This document shows, piece after piece, positions 32,578 through 40,656 of a stretch of 64,000 nt of DNA. Positions within the stretch are counted from its first letter, which is position 1, and every line of letters starts with the position of its first letter. Origin of the DNA: an uncultured Actinomycetes bacterium (GTDB taxonomy: Bacteria > Actinomycetota > Thermoleophilia > Gaiellales > JAICJC01); NCBI GenBank assembly GCA_963811675.1, contig CAWESH010000004.1, positions 99,976 to 163,975 on the forward strand, read 5' to 3'. The notes beneath the pieces were generated by a model that ran no database searches, was not told the DNA's origin, and saw nothing but the letters and a program-made list of their open reading frames with translations. The translations under genes were made by a program, and so were the position numbers.

Positions 32578-33679
32578 CGGCGTGCTCCGAGACCGCGACC
32601 CTGGTGACGAACTGGGTGAGCGCGTGGCGGGCATCGTGGGGGCCGGGGCTGGCCTCGGGGTGGAACTGCATCGAGCTGACATCGACGTCGTGCAGTTGGA
32701 GTCCCTCGACGGTGCCGTCGTAGAGGGACACGTGGGTGATCTGCCCGGCCCCGAAGTCGCAGCTGAAGGCGGTGCCCTGGTCGGGGCCGCGGACGGCAAA
32801 GCCATGGTTTTGTGCGGTCACCAGCACCTTCCCGGTCTGGAGCGCCAGCACCGGATGGTTGGCACCGCGATGGCCGAAGCGAAGCTTGAAGGTCTCGAGT
32901 CCCAGCGCCTGTCCCAGCAACTGGTGGCCCAGGCAGATGCCGAATACCGGCACCGCACCGATCAGGCCGCGCACCTCAGACACGCATCCACTCAGCGCCG
33001 CGGGGTCGCCGGGGCCGTTCCCGAGCAGGACGCCGTCGGCCTCGAGTGCGAGCACCTGGTCGGTGGTGGAGTCCCAGGGCAGCACCGTGACCCGGGCTCC
33101 GGCGCTGCGCAGCAGGTTCACGATCGATGACTTCACCCCGTAGTCGAGCACCACCACGTGCGCGCGCTCGGTCGCGGTCGCCTCCAGGGTGATCGCATCC
33201 GGCCTGGACACCGAGCCGGCCAGGGCCTGGCCGGCCATCTCCGGCGCCGCGCGGATCACCTCGAGCACCTGCGCCGGGTCGTGATCACCGTTTGCGACAG
33301 CCGCTCGCACCGCCCCGCCGTCGCGAAGCCGCCTGGTGATCGCCCGGGTGTCGATTCCTTGCACGCCGACCACTCCATGGCTCTGCAGCCAGTCCGAGAA
33401 TCCGGGTCGGTTGTTGGGCGTGGCGTTTCTGCCCTCTCGGATGACCACACCCCGGGCATGTGGGCGGGTTGATTCGGAGACGTCCTGCTCCACGCCGTAG
33501 TTGCCGATCATGGGCTGGGTAAACGTCACCAGCTGGCCGGCGAAGGACGGGTCGGTGACGACCTCCTGGTAGCCGGTCATGGAGGTGGTGAACACCAGCT
33601 CACCGACCGCCACACCCTCGGCCGCGTAGGCCGCCCCATGGTGGATGGTGCCGTCCTCCAGCATCAAGAACGAGGTCAT
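32570..33679 (-). CDS. carA: carbamoyl-phosphate synthase small (glutaminase) subunit
   Basis: The 369-aa ORF carries the GATase triad region GICLGHQLL and HRGANHPV. Confidence 0.95.
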   Translation of the reverse strand: MTSFLMLEDGTIHHGAAYAAEGVAVGELVFTTSMTGYQEVVTDPSFAGQLVTFTQPMIGNYGVEQDVSESTRPHARGVVIREGRNATPNNRPGFSDWLQSHGVVGVQGIDTRAITRRLRDGGAVRAAVANGDHDPAQVLEVIRAAPEMAGQALAGSVSRPDAITLEATATERAHVVVLDYGVKSSIVNLLRSAGARVTVLPWDSTTDQVLALEADGVLLGNGPGDPAALSGCVSEVRGLIGAVPVFGICLGHQLLGQALGLETFKLRFGHRGANHPVLALQTGKVLVTAQNHGFAVRGPDQGTAFSCDFGAGQITHVSLYDGTVEGLQLHDVDVSSMQFHPEASPGPHDARHALTQFVTRVAVSEHAVA

Positions 33680-35007
33680 GAGGCCACCACCGCGTCGATG
33701 GTGCGGTGAGCGACGCTACCGCCGACGATGGTGAGCGAGCACACGCCTCTGAGGCGTTGCCCGGCGAAGGCGCAGTTGAGCGAGCGTGACCGATAGGGCG
33801 GTTCGACCACGAACTCGCTACCGAAATCCCACACCGCCAGGTTCGCGGGTGATCCCACGCGAATCGTCGGGGTTTCCAGCCCGAATGCCGCGGCTGGACC
33901 CGAGGTCATCCGCTCGATCGCGGTCGAGAGGCCGATCAGACCGGGCTCGACCAGGTGGGTGTACACCGCCGGGAGCGCAGTCTCCAGGCCGATCACGCCG
34001 TTGGGCGCCTGCTCCCACGGCACGTCCTTCTCCAGTGTCAGGTGTGGGGCGTGATCGGTAGCAATGCAGTCGAGCGTGCCGTCCTGGAGCGCCTCGATCA
34101 GGGCCGCGCGGTCGGCCGCGGATCGAAGCGGCGGGTTCATCTTGGCCGCTGCCGGGTCGAGTTGCCGAACCGCCTCGTCGGTGAGGCACAGGTGGTGCGG
34201 CGAGACCTCCGCGGTAATCTCGATACCGGAGGCCTTGGCCCGCCGGATCTCGGCAACCGATTCGGCCGCAGATACGTGGCAGATATGGAGCCCTGTGCCT
34301 TCGTAGGCTGCGATCTGAATGTCTCGCCCGATCATGATGCTCTCGGCGATCGACGGATGGCCCTGCAGACCGAGTTCCGCCGATACCTCGCCTTCGTGCA
34401 TCTGCCCGCCGTCTGCCAGCGACATGTCCTCCTCGTGCAATGTCAGCCGCAGGTCGGTGATACGGCTGTACTGGAGCGCGCGCCGGAGCAGCGCCGCGCG
34501 TTCCACCGGCCGGCCATCGTCAGAGAAGGCCGCTGCCCCGGCGTCGGCGAGCGCGCCCATGTCGGTCAGCTCGCGGCCTTCGAGGCCGCGGCTGATGGCC
34601 ACGATGAAGCCGGTGGCGACGGTCGCCTGCGACCGTGCGCGGGCGATCAATCCCTCTAGAATCGGCACCGAGTCGACCACCGGGACGGTGTTGGGCATGG
34701 CCAGGATGGCCACGAATCCGCCGGCGGCTGCGGCTTGCGTTCCCGACGCGACGTCCTCCTTGGCTTCCTGACCTGGAGTGCGCAGGTGCACGTGAGGATC
34801 GATCAGGCCGGGGAGTACGGTCAGGTTGCGTGCGTCGATCACCTCCGGGCCGTCCAAGCTCTGGCCGATCTCGGCGATCACACCGTTTTGGATCCGCAGG
34901 TCGATGGCGTCGCCGTCCAGGCCCGAGCCGGGATCGACCACTCGTGCTCCCGAGATCACCAGGTCGGCCGGCTCCGTTTGTGCGTGAAACAGGCGCTCGA
35001 CGGTCAT
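33676..35007 (-). CDS. pyrC: dihydroorotase
   Basis: The 443-aa ORF has amidohydrolase motifs (DPHVHLR, CIATDHAPH). It lies between pyrB and carA. Confidence 0.92.
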   Translation of the reverse strand: MTVERLFHAQTEPADLVISGARVVDPGSGLDGDAIDLRIQNGVIAEIGQSLDGPEVIDARNLTVLPGLIDPHVHLRTPGQEAKEDVASGTQAAAAGGFVAILAMPNTVPVVDSVPILEGLIARARSQATVATGFIVAISRGLEGRELTDMGALADAGAAAFSDDGRPVERAALLRRALQYSRITDLRLTLHEEDMSLADGGQMHEGEVSAELGLQGHPSIAESIMIGRDIQIAAYEGTGLHICHVSAAESVAEIRRAKASGIEITAEVSPHHLCLTDEAVRQLDPAAAKMNPPLRSAADRAALIEALQDGTLDCIATDHAPHLTLEKDVPWEQAPNGVIGLETALPAVYTHLVEPGLIGLSTAIERMTSGPAAAFGLETPTIRVGSPANLAVWDFGSEFVVEPPYRSRSLNCAFAGQRLRGVCSLTIVGGSVAHRTIDAVVAS

Positions 35008-36020
35008 GCCACCTCCTGCTTCTCGGGGGTGGGTGCAGCGTCCTCGACGATCCGAAGGGCCGACTCGGCCGGGCTTTGGGTGGGGCCGTTGAGCAGGTCG
35101 TACAGCACTGCCATGCGGACCACCAGGCCGGATCGCACCTGGTCGACGATCGCTGATCCGGGACCGTCTGCGACCGCCGAATCGATCTCGACGCCGCGAT
35201 TCATGGGGCCGGGGTGCATCACCAGCTGGCCGGGGCGCACGCGCCCGGCGGTCACACCCCAGCGCGCGGTGTACTCGGTCAGCGACGGAACGTAGTTGGC
35301 TCCCTCCTGCATCCGCTCGCGCTGCATCCGCAGCACGTACACCACGTCGGCTGTGCCGATGTCGGCGATGTCATGCGAGATCTCGACTCCCATGGCTGCG
35401 ATTCCGCGTGGGATCAGCGGCGGCGGGCCGATCACGGTCACCCTTGCCCCCAGCATCCGTAGTCCCTGGATGTTGGAGCGGGCCACACGCGAGTGCAACA
35501 CGTCCCCGACGATGGCGACGTGCAGGCCCTCGATCTTTCCCAGGGCCCGCTTGATCGTGTAGAGGTCGAGCAGACACTGGGTGGGATGCTGGTGCTTGCC
35601 GTCGCCGGCGTTGACGACGTGCGCCTCGGTGTAGGCGGTGATGATGCGCGGCGCGCCGATGCGCGGATGCCGGATCACGATCACGTCCGGGTCGTAGGCC
35701 GAGAGCGTGGTCACGGTGTCCTTGAGCGACTCGCCCTTGTCCACGCTCGACCCGGAGGCTTTGAGCGACATGGTGTCGGCCGACAGACGCTTGGCGGCCA
35801 GCTCGAATGACGAGCTGGTGCGCGTCGACGACTCGAAGAAGATGTTCATGACGGTGCGGCCGCGCAGCGTCGGCACCTTCTTGACGTCGCGTTGCATCAC
35901 GCTCTCGAACCCGTGGGCGGTCTCCAGGATCCGCTCGATCGCGGTGCGATCCAGGTCGGTCACCGAGAGCAGGTGCCGGCGGCCGTCCGAGTTGTGAGGC
36001 GGGTACAGGTCGAAGGGCAT
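35004..36020 (-). CDS. pyrB: aspartate carbamoyltransferase catalytic subunit
   Basis: The 338-aa ORF carries ESSTRTSSSFE (the STRT motif), HPTQ and HPGP. It has a C-terminal extension of about 25 aa. Confidence 0.93.
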   Translation of the reverse strand: MPFDLYPPHNSDGRRHLLSVTDLDRTAIERILETAHGFESVMQRDVKKVPTLRGRTVMNIFFESSTRTSSSFELAAKRLSADTMSLKASGSSVDKGESLKDTVTTLSAYDPDVIVIRHPRIGAPRIITAYTEAHVVNAGDGKHQHPTQCLLDLYTIKRALGKIEGLHVAIVGDVLHSRVARSNIQGLRMLGARVTVIGPPPLIPRGIAAMGVEISHDIADIGTADVVYVLRMQRERMQEGANYVPSLTEYTARWGVTAGRVRPGQLVMHPGPMNRGVEIDSAVADGPGSAIVDQVRSGLVVRMAVLYDLLNGPTQSPAESALRIVEDAAPTPEKQEVA

Positions 36021-36023
36021 CCG

Positions 36024-36593
36024 CTACTCCCCGGTTTGAAGGACGATTTGGTCGACCTCGTCGACCTCCAGCAGTTGCACCTTGACGCGCTCGGTGCGGG
36101 CGGTCGGCATGTTCTTGCCGACGTAGTCCGGCCGTATCGGCAGCTCACGGTGGCCACGGTCGACCATCACTGCGAGCTGGACCCGCTGGGGCCGGCCGTA
36201 GTCGAACACCGCGTCGATCGCTGCCCGGATGGTGCGACCGGTGTAGAGCACGTCGTCGACCAGCACGACCGACATGCCTTCCAGCGGGAAATCGAGCCGG
36301 GTGGCCTTGACCACCGGCTGGGGGTGGAGCGGCTGGTCACCCGCGCGCATGGTCATGTCGTCGCGGTAGAAGGTGATGTCCAGCGCTCCGGTGGGCACCG
36401 CCACCCCGGTGAACTCCTCGATCAGGGTGCGGAGCCGCTGTGCCAGCGGCACCCCGCGGGTGTAGATGCCGACCAGAGCCAGCTTGGTGGGATCGTCGTG
36501 CTTCTCGGCGATCTCATGCGCGATCCGCCGAAGGGTTCGCTGCATGTGATCCTCGTCGAGCAGCACTCGCTCGGCGGGCGCAGACACGCTCAT
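36024..36593 (-). CDS. pyrR: bifunctional pyr operon regulator / uracil phosphoribosyltransferase
   Basis: The 189-aa ORF has the PRPP-binding motif VVLVDDVLYTGRT. It is the first gene of the pyr operon. An AAAGGAG RBS lies upstream of the ATG at 36593. Confidence 0.92.
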   Translation of the reverse strand: MSVSAPAERVLLDEDHMQRTLRRIAHEIAEKHDDPTKLALVGIYTRGVPLAQRLRTLIEEFTGVAVPTGALDITFYRDDMTMRAGDQPLHPQPVVKATRLDFPLEGMSVVLVDDVLYTGRTIRAAIDAVFDYGRPQRVQLAVMVDRGHRELPIRPDYVGKNMPTARTERVKVQLLEVDEVDQIVLQTGE

Positions 36594-36720
36594 TCATGCT
36601 CCTTTCCGGCCTCACCGGGCACGGTTAAAAGTTGCAGAGGTGGTGGGCTGCTCTCCAACTGCAGCCATCAACATGCTACCAGCGGCGACGGATGTGGCGC
36701 CGATCGGTCAAGCTTTTGGC

Positions 36721-37348
36721 ATGGAATCTCTGCTGGCCGATCTCGCACAGGCGCGCATCGGCTCGACCTTCAACCAGTATCGCGACCGCGGCCCGGACGA
36801 TGTGGCGGAGGCCGGGGCGATCCGGGTGGACGAATCTGCGTGCCTATCTGGCGGCGCGTGACACCGCCGAGGTGGTGGCGCTGGGTGAGGCTGCGGGCTA
36901 CCAGGGCATGCGCTGGTCGGGAATCGCCTTCACCAGCGAGCGTGACCTGGCCCGTTGGGGTGCCCCGTTTCGGCCCACCTCGACCGCCCGCAAGAACGGC
37001 TGGAGCGAGCCGTCGGGGACGATCGTCCACCGCGTGTTGGGCGAGCTCGCCGCCGAGCATCGCGTGATTGTCTGGAACACGGTGCCGACCCATCCCGCAC
37101 AAGCCCGGGCAGCCGCTCTCCAACAGACGCCCGACGGTGGGTGAGATCGAGGCCGGAGCGGTGTATGCCGAGCGCCTCTTGGAGTGGTCAAGCCACGGGT
37201 GATCGTCGCCGTGGGACGAGTGGCCGAGCAGATCCTGGGATTCCCGCGCGACCTACGTGCGCCACCCCGCCAACGGCGGCGCCACGGCATTCTGCCAGCC
37301 GGCATGCGCTCGATCCGTCACTCGAACATCGACGGCGCTGACGAGTAA
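36721..37348 (+). pseudogene. uracil-DNA glycosylase superfamily protein, multiply frameshifted
   Basis: The pieces MESLLADLAQARIGSTFNQYR..., ...VALGEAAGYQGMRWSGIAFTSE..., ...WNTVPTHPHKPGQPLSNRRPT... and ...VAVGRVAEQIL... lie in three frames. GEAPGY-like and HP-x motifs fit the UDG fold. Confidence 0.55.
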
Positions 37349-37449
37349 TCTGGCGCCATGGCACCGAATTACTTCAGGGTCGTGGGGGTGAATGAAGCGG
37401 TCCCGCCTGGTCGAGCCGTCGAGTAGGTTCAGCGGCGTGGCGGTCGAGT

Positions 37450-38205
37450 TCAGCCGGCCGATCGGCGATCGAGCCTGCAGATGGCCAGTCGAAGGTGGTG
37501 GCGGCCGGTGCCGCGGCGACGTCGCGTTCCAGCCGGGCAAGGCCGTCGCGGTACTCGTCGCCGGGCACATGTGCGGCGAGCTGTGGAGATGTAGCGCCCA
37601 CGCACCGCTCGATGCAGCTCGGGCCCGTGGGAGTTGCCTGCAACCGAGATGCGTTCGACCGCCGCGCCGGCGAAGCCGCCGGAGTTCAGCTCGCCGATCA
37701 CCGCCTGCGGGTCGGGGAAGCGAGCGAGGTCGATCGCGGGGATCGACGGAAAGTACTGGTTGAGGTAGAACGTCTCGAAGTGGTCGAGGTGGAAGCTGAC
37801 GATGGCCAGCCGGGCGCCGGCAGCGGTGACGCGCGCCAGCTGCGCGATCGCCGCCGACCGATCGGCGATCAGATGCAGCACCAGGTGCATGTGGGCTGCA
37901 TCGAACCACCCATCCTTGAACGGCAGCGTCTCAATCGAGGCCTGTCGCCAGCCGACCCGTTCACCACCGGCTCGCGCCCGCGCCTGATCGAGCATCTGAG
38001 CCGACGGGTCGACCGCCCACACTCGTGCACCGAGTTGCTCGGCCGCATAGACGGCAAACCGGCCGGTGCCGCAGCCGACGTCGAGCAGTCGCCGGGGTGA
38101 GCCCAGCGCTGCCAGTGTCTGATCGGCGAGCTCCCTCCACTGTGCCCCTCCGGAACGCAGCCGGTCGTAGTCTTCGGCGAGTGCGTCGAAGTGTGGGTCA
38201 GCCAT
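37450..38205 (-). CDS. class I SAM-dependent methyltransferase (C-terminal third possibly disturbed by two compensating frame shifts)
   Basis: LLDVGCGTGRF is SAM motif I, followed by FDAAHMHLVLHL. A more protein-like continuation between ~37605 and ~37495 lies in another frame (PGDEYRDGLARLERDV...TTFDW). Confidence 0.7.
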   Translation of the reverse strand: MADPHFDALAEDYDRLRSGGAQWRELADQTLAALGSPRRLLDVGCGTGRFAVYAAEQLGARVWAVDPSAQMLDQARARAGGERVGWRQASIETLPFKDGWFDAAHMHLVLHLIADRSAAIAQLARVTAAGARLAIVSFHLDHFETFYLNQYFPSIPAIDLARFPDPQAVIGELNSGGFAGAAVERISVAGNSHGPELHRAVRGRYISTARRTCARRRVPRRPCPAGTRRRRGTGRHHLRLAICRLDRRSAG

Positions 38206-39142
38206 CGGCGCGGATCAGTTGCGGCTCGCCCCGCTCCGGCAGCGGCAGGTCGATCGTGTCGAAGTCGCGGGGCACCACGGTGTTGGGAAACTCGGCGCGA
38301 GCCTCGTCGCGGATCTCTCGCGGCAGGTAACGGGTGGAGAGATGGGTCAGCGCGAGCATCGAGACCTGGGCATCACGACCGATGCGAGCGGCTTGAAGCG
38401 CGGTGGTGTGCCCGGTTTGGCGGGCGCGCTCGGCCTCGGCCTCGAGAAAGGTGGCCTCGTGGATCAGAACGTCAGCGGCAGCTGCGGCCTCGATCATGCC
38501 TGGGCACGGACGCGTGTCGCCGGAGAACACCACCCGACGGCCCCGGCGGGGCGCGCCGAGCACCTGATCGGCGGTCACCTCCACCCCGCTCGCCGACTGC
38601 ACCGGCTCACCTCGCTGCAGCGCTCCAAACGCCGGCCCCTCGGGAACGCCCAGTTCGCGGGCTTTGTCGAGGTCGAATCGCCCGGGTCGCTCGTCCTCGA
38701 CCAGCGCGTAGCCGAGACTTGGGAGATCGTGGGACGTGAGGAACGCCTCGATCCGAAAGCCATCGTGTCCGATCCAGTCGGCAGGATCGAGCTCGATCAC
38801 CTCGAGGTCATATGGCACGCGGCCGAGCACGGGATGCAGCGTCTGCATCAATGCCGTCAGGCCGACCGGCCCATACAGCCGCAGCGGGGCGTCACGGCCG
38901 CGCAGAGCAAACGTCTTGAGCATGCCGGGCAGACCGAGAAAATGGTCGGCGTGGCAGTGCGTGATCAGGATCTCGTCCACATCGACGAGACCCGCGCCCG
39001 ATCGGAGCAGCTGTCGCTGAGTACCTTCGCCGCAGTCGATCAGCAGCGACACGCCACTGCGCCGAACCAGGAACGCGGGTAGGCCGCGCTGAGCGGTGGG
39101 CGCGGCACCCGCCGTCCCGAGGAAAAGCACATTGAGATCCAC
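38198..39142 (-). CDS. rnz: ribonuclease Z
   Basis: Intact 314-aa ORF with FLGTAGAAPT and ITHCHADH (the HxHxDH motif). GTG start at 39142. Confidence 0.9.
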   Translation of the reverse strand: MDLNVLFLGTAGAAPTAQRGLPAFLVRRSGVSLLIDCGEGTQRQLLRSGAGLVDVDEILITHCHADHFLGLPGMLKTFALRGRDAPLRLYGPVGLTALMQTLHPVLGRVPYDLEVIELDPADWIGHDGFRIEAFLTSHDLPSLGYALVEDERPGRFDLDKARELGVPEGPAFGALQRGEPVQSASGVEVTADQVLGAPRRGRRVVFSGDTRPCPGMIEAAAAADVLIHEATFLEAEAERARQTGHTTALQAARIGRDAQVSMLALTHLSTRYLPREIRDEARAEFPNTVVPRDFDTIDLPLPERGEPQLIRADG

Positions 39143-39365
39143 GGCGCCACTCTAGATGGTGTATTCCGGATGGCGGCGCCTGGGCGAGCGATGCAACCGG
39201 CGGGCAGCACCAGGTGGGCACCGAAACTGCGGCTCAGGCAGATGCCGGACCGCGTGCAGTGGGATCAGCGGCGCCGCCGGGGCGGCAGGATCCTGAGGTG
39301 GCGCGGCCATCACGATCATGGCGCGGCGCAGGAACACCTCGAGGCCGAACGGCTCCGACGGAGTG

Positions 39366-39494
39366 TCAGAACCGGGGATCAGCCTGAGATCGGGACGGGA
39401 TGGCCGCGGCAGCTCGAGCGGCTCGTAGGAGTACTCGGATCAGGTTGTGCCGGTAGTCGTCCAGCACGATGACATTGTCGGGATACGCGCTCAT
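39366..39494 (-). CDS. short hypothetical ORF translationally coupled to the LysM gene (possibly longer; frame uncertain)
   Basis: Translation MSAYPDNVIVLDDYRHNLIRVLLRAARAAAAIPSRSQADPRF. Its ATG overlaps the LysM stop as ATGA. A possible continuation lies in another frame down to ~39152. I recognise no family. Confidence 0.2.
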   Translation of the reverse strand: MSAYPDNVIVLDDYRHNLIRVLLRAARAAAAIPSRSQADPRF

Positions 39495-39757
39495 GGGAGA
39501 AGAATCACCTGGCCTGGAAGGATGGTTGCGTCGTTGATGTCGTTGGCCTGTTCGATCTGGAACACGGCCTGGCGGGGATCGTCGGTGCGGTAGTGGGACG
39601 ATGCGATCGACCACAGCGTCTCTCCCGACTTCACCAGGTGGTGAGTCGGGCGCGAGGCGCCGGATGAGGCCGGTGCAACGGCCAGCATCAGCAGGGCGAT
39701 CACGACAAAGAGTGCAAGGACGGACGGGATGTGACGATATGTGGGTGAGGCGAACAT
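39491..39757 (-). CDS. small membrane-anchored LysM-domain protein (YneA/ChiZ-like candidate SOS cell-division inhibitor)
   Basis: The 88-aa protein is MFASPTYRHIPSVLALFVVIALLMLAVAP (a TM helix) followed by HHLVKSGETLWSIASSHY...ILPGQVILLP (LysM). Its ATG lies inside a LexA box. Confidence 0.7.
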   Translation of the reverse strand: MFASPTYRHIPSVLALFVVIALLMLAVAPASSGASRPTHHLVKSGETLWSIASSHYRTDDPRQAVFQIEQANDINDATILPGQVILLP

Positions 39758-39764
39758 GTGTTCG
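39751..39764. promoter_or_regulatory. LexA (SOS) box 1: CGAACATGTGTTCG
   Basis: Perfect match to the Gram-positive/actinobacterial operator CGAAC-N4-GTTCG. It overlaps the LysM start codon. Coordinates are derived from the ORF frames (+/-1). Confidence 0.7.
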
Positions 39765-39767
39765 GGG

Positions 39768-39773
39768 AGTGTA
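39768..39773 (-). promoter_or_regulatory. -10-like hexamer TACACT between the two SOS boxes, 10 nt upstream of the LysM ATG
   Basis: The minus strand reads CGAACACGTGTTCG-CC-TACACT-CCC-CGAACACATGTTCG. Confidence 0.35.
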
Positions 39774-39775
39774 GG

Positions 39776-39789
39776 CGAACACGTGTTCG
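39776..39789. promoter_or_regulatory. LexA (SOS) box 2: CGAACACGTGTTCG
   Basis: Perfect CGAAC-N4-GTTCG palindrome 11 nt from box 1. It overlaps the -35 region of the divergent DHPS-like gene. Confidence 0.7.
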
Positions 39790-39803
39790 GTGTCAAGCGC
39801 AAG

Positions 39804-39809
39804 TAGGAT
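39804..39809 (+). promoter_or_regulatory. -10-like hexamer TAGGAT, 9 nt upstream of the DHPS-like GTG
   Basis: The sequence reads TAGGAT-TTCCCGCTT-GTG with no SD. Confidence 0.3.
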
Positions 39810-39818
39810 TTCCCGCTT

Positions 39819-40656
39819 GTGACCATCGAATTCGCACATCGATCCCTCCCCCGCGGAGGGCCTCCGACGGTGATGGGGATCGTCAACGTGACCCCGGACT
39901 CGTTCTACGACCAGGGCGCCACCGCTGCGGCCGCCGACGCCGTCGCGCATGGGTTGGCGCTGCTCCAACGCGGCGCGGGTGCACTCGACGTTGGCGGCAT
40001 GACCGCCCAGCCCGGTGGCGAGCTGGATCCGTCGATCGAAATAGCGCGGGTGGTGCCGGTGATCGAGCAGCTGCGCGCGCACACCGACGCAGTGATCGCG
40101 GTCGACACCTACCGTGCCCCGGTGGCCGCCGCAGCGCTCCAGGCAGGCGCCGACCTGGTCAACGATCACACCGGGCTGAGCGATCCCGAGATGGCGGCGG
40201 CGGTCGCCGCGGCCGGCGCCGGACTGGTGATCACCCATCTCGGCCTGCAACCCAAGCAGGCCCGCACCGGCTCCTACTCGATCTCGGTCGCCAGAGATCG
40301 CCGAGTTCCTGACGGCCCGCGTCGAGACGGCGGTGGCGGCCGGCGTGCGACCGGCGGGGATTCTGATCGACCCCGGCCTTGGATTTGGGAAGGACATCGA
40401 CACCGACCTCGACACCCTGCGGCACCTGCCAACGCTGATCGGGCTCGGGCATCCCGTGCTACTGGCGTGCTCCCACAAGGAGGTGACGGCCGCTCCGCTG
40501 GGGCTGCCAGAGTCTGCACTCGAGGGTACGGCGGCGGTCACGGCGGTGGCTGCCTACCTGGGCGTGGCGGTGCTGCGCCTGCACGATCTGCCGTTTATGG
40601 CACACGCCGCTCATATGGCCTGGCTGATGCGCCCTGCCGACGCGATCAGCCAGTAG
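39819..40656 (+). CDS. folP: dihydropteroate synthase homologue (frame broken near 40285)
   Basis: VMGIVNVTPDSF, DVGG, VDTY and IDPGLGFGK are pterin-binding DHPS motifs. ORFs 39819..40733 (N-terminal part) and 40333..40656 are colinear. I cannot tell whether this is the primary folP or a folP2-like paralogue. Confidence 0.8.

Noticed and set aside
32578-32805. N-terminal 76-aa extension of the carB ORF
   Set aside because: It overlaps the carA coding region in another frame. The conserved CarB N-terminus (PRRDDI...[10 protein letters not shown]) begins at TTG 32577.
35892-37067. 391-aa plus-strand ORF spanning the pyrB/pyrR region
   Set aside because: It is antisense to two well-supported pyr genes. 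Only its downstream end overlaps the real (broken) UDG-like gene, and in a different frame context.
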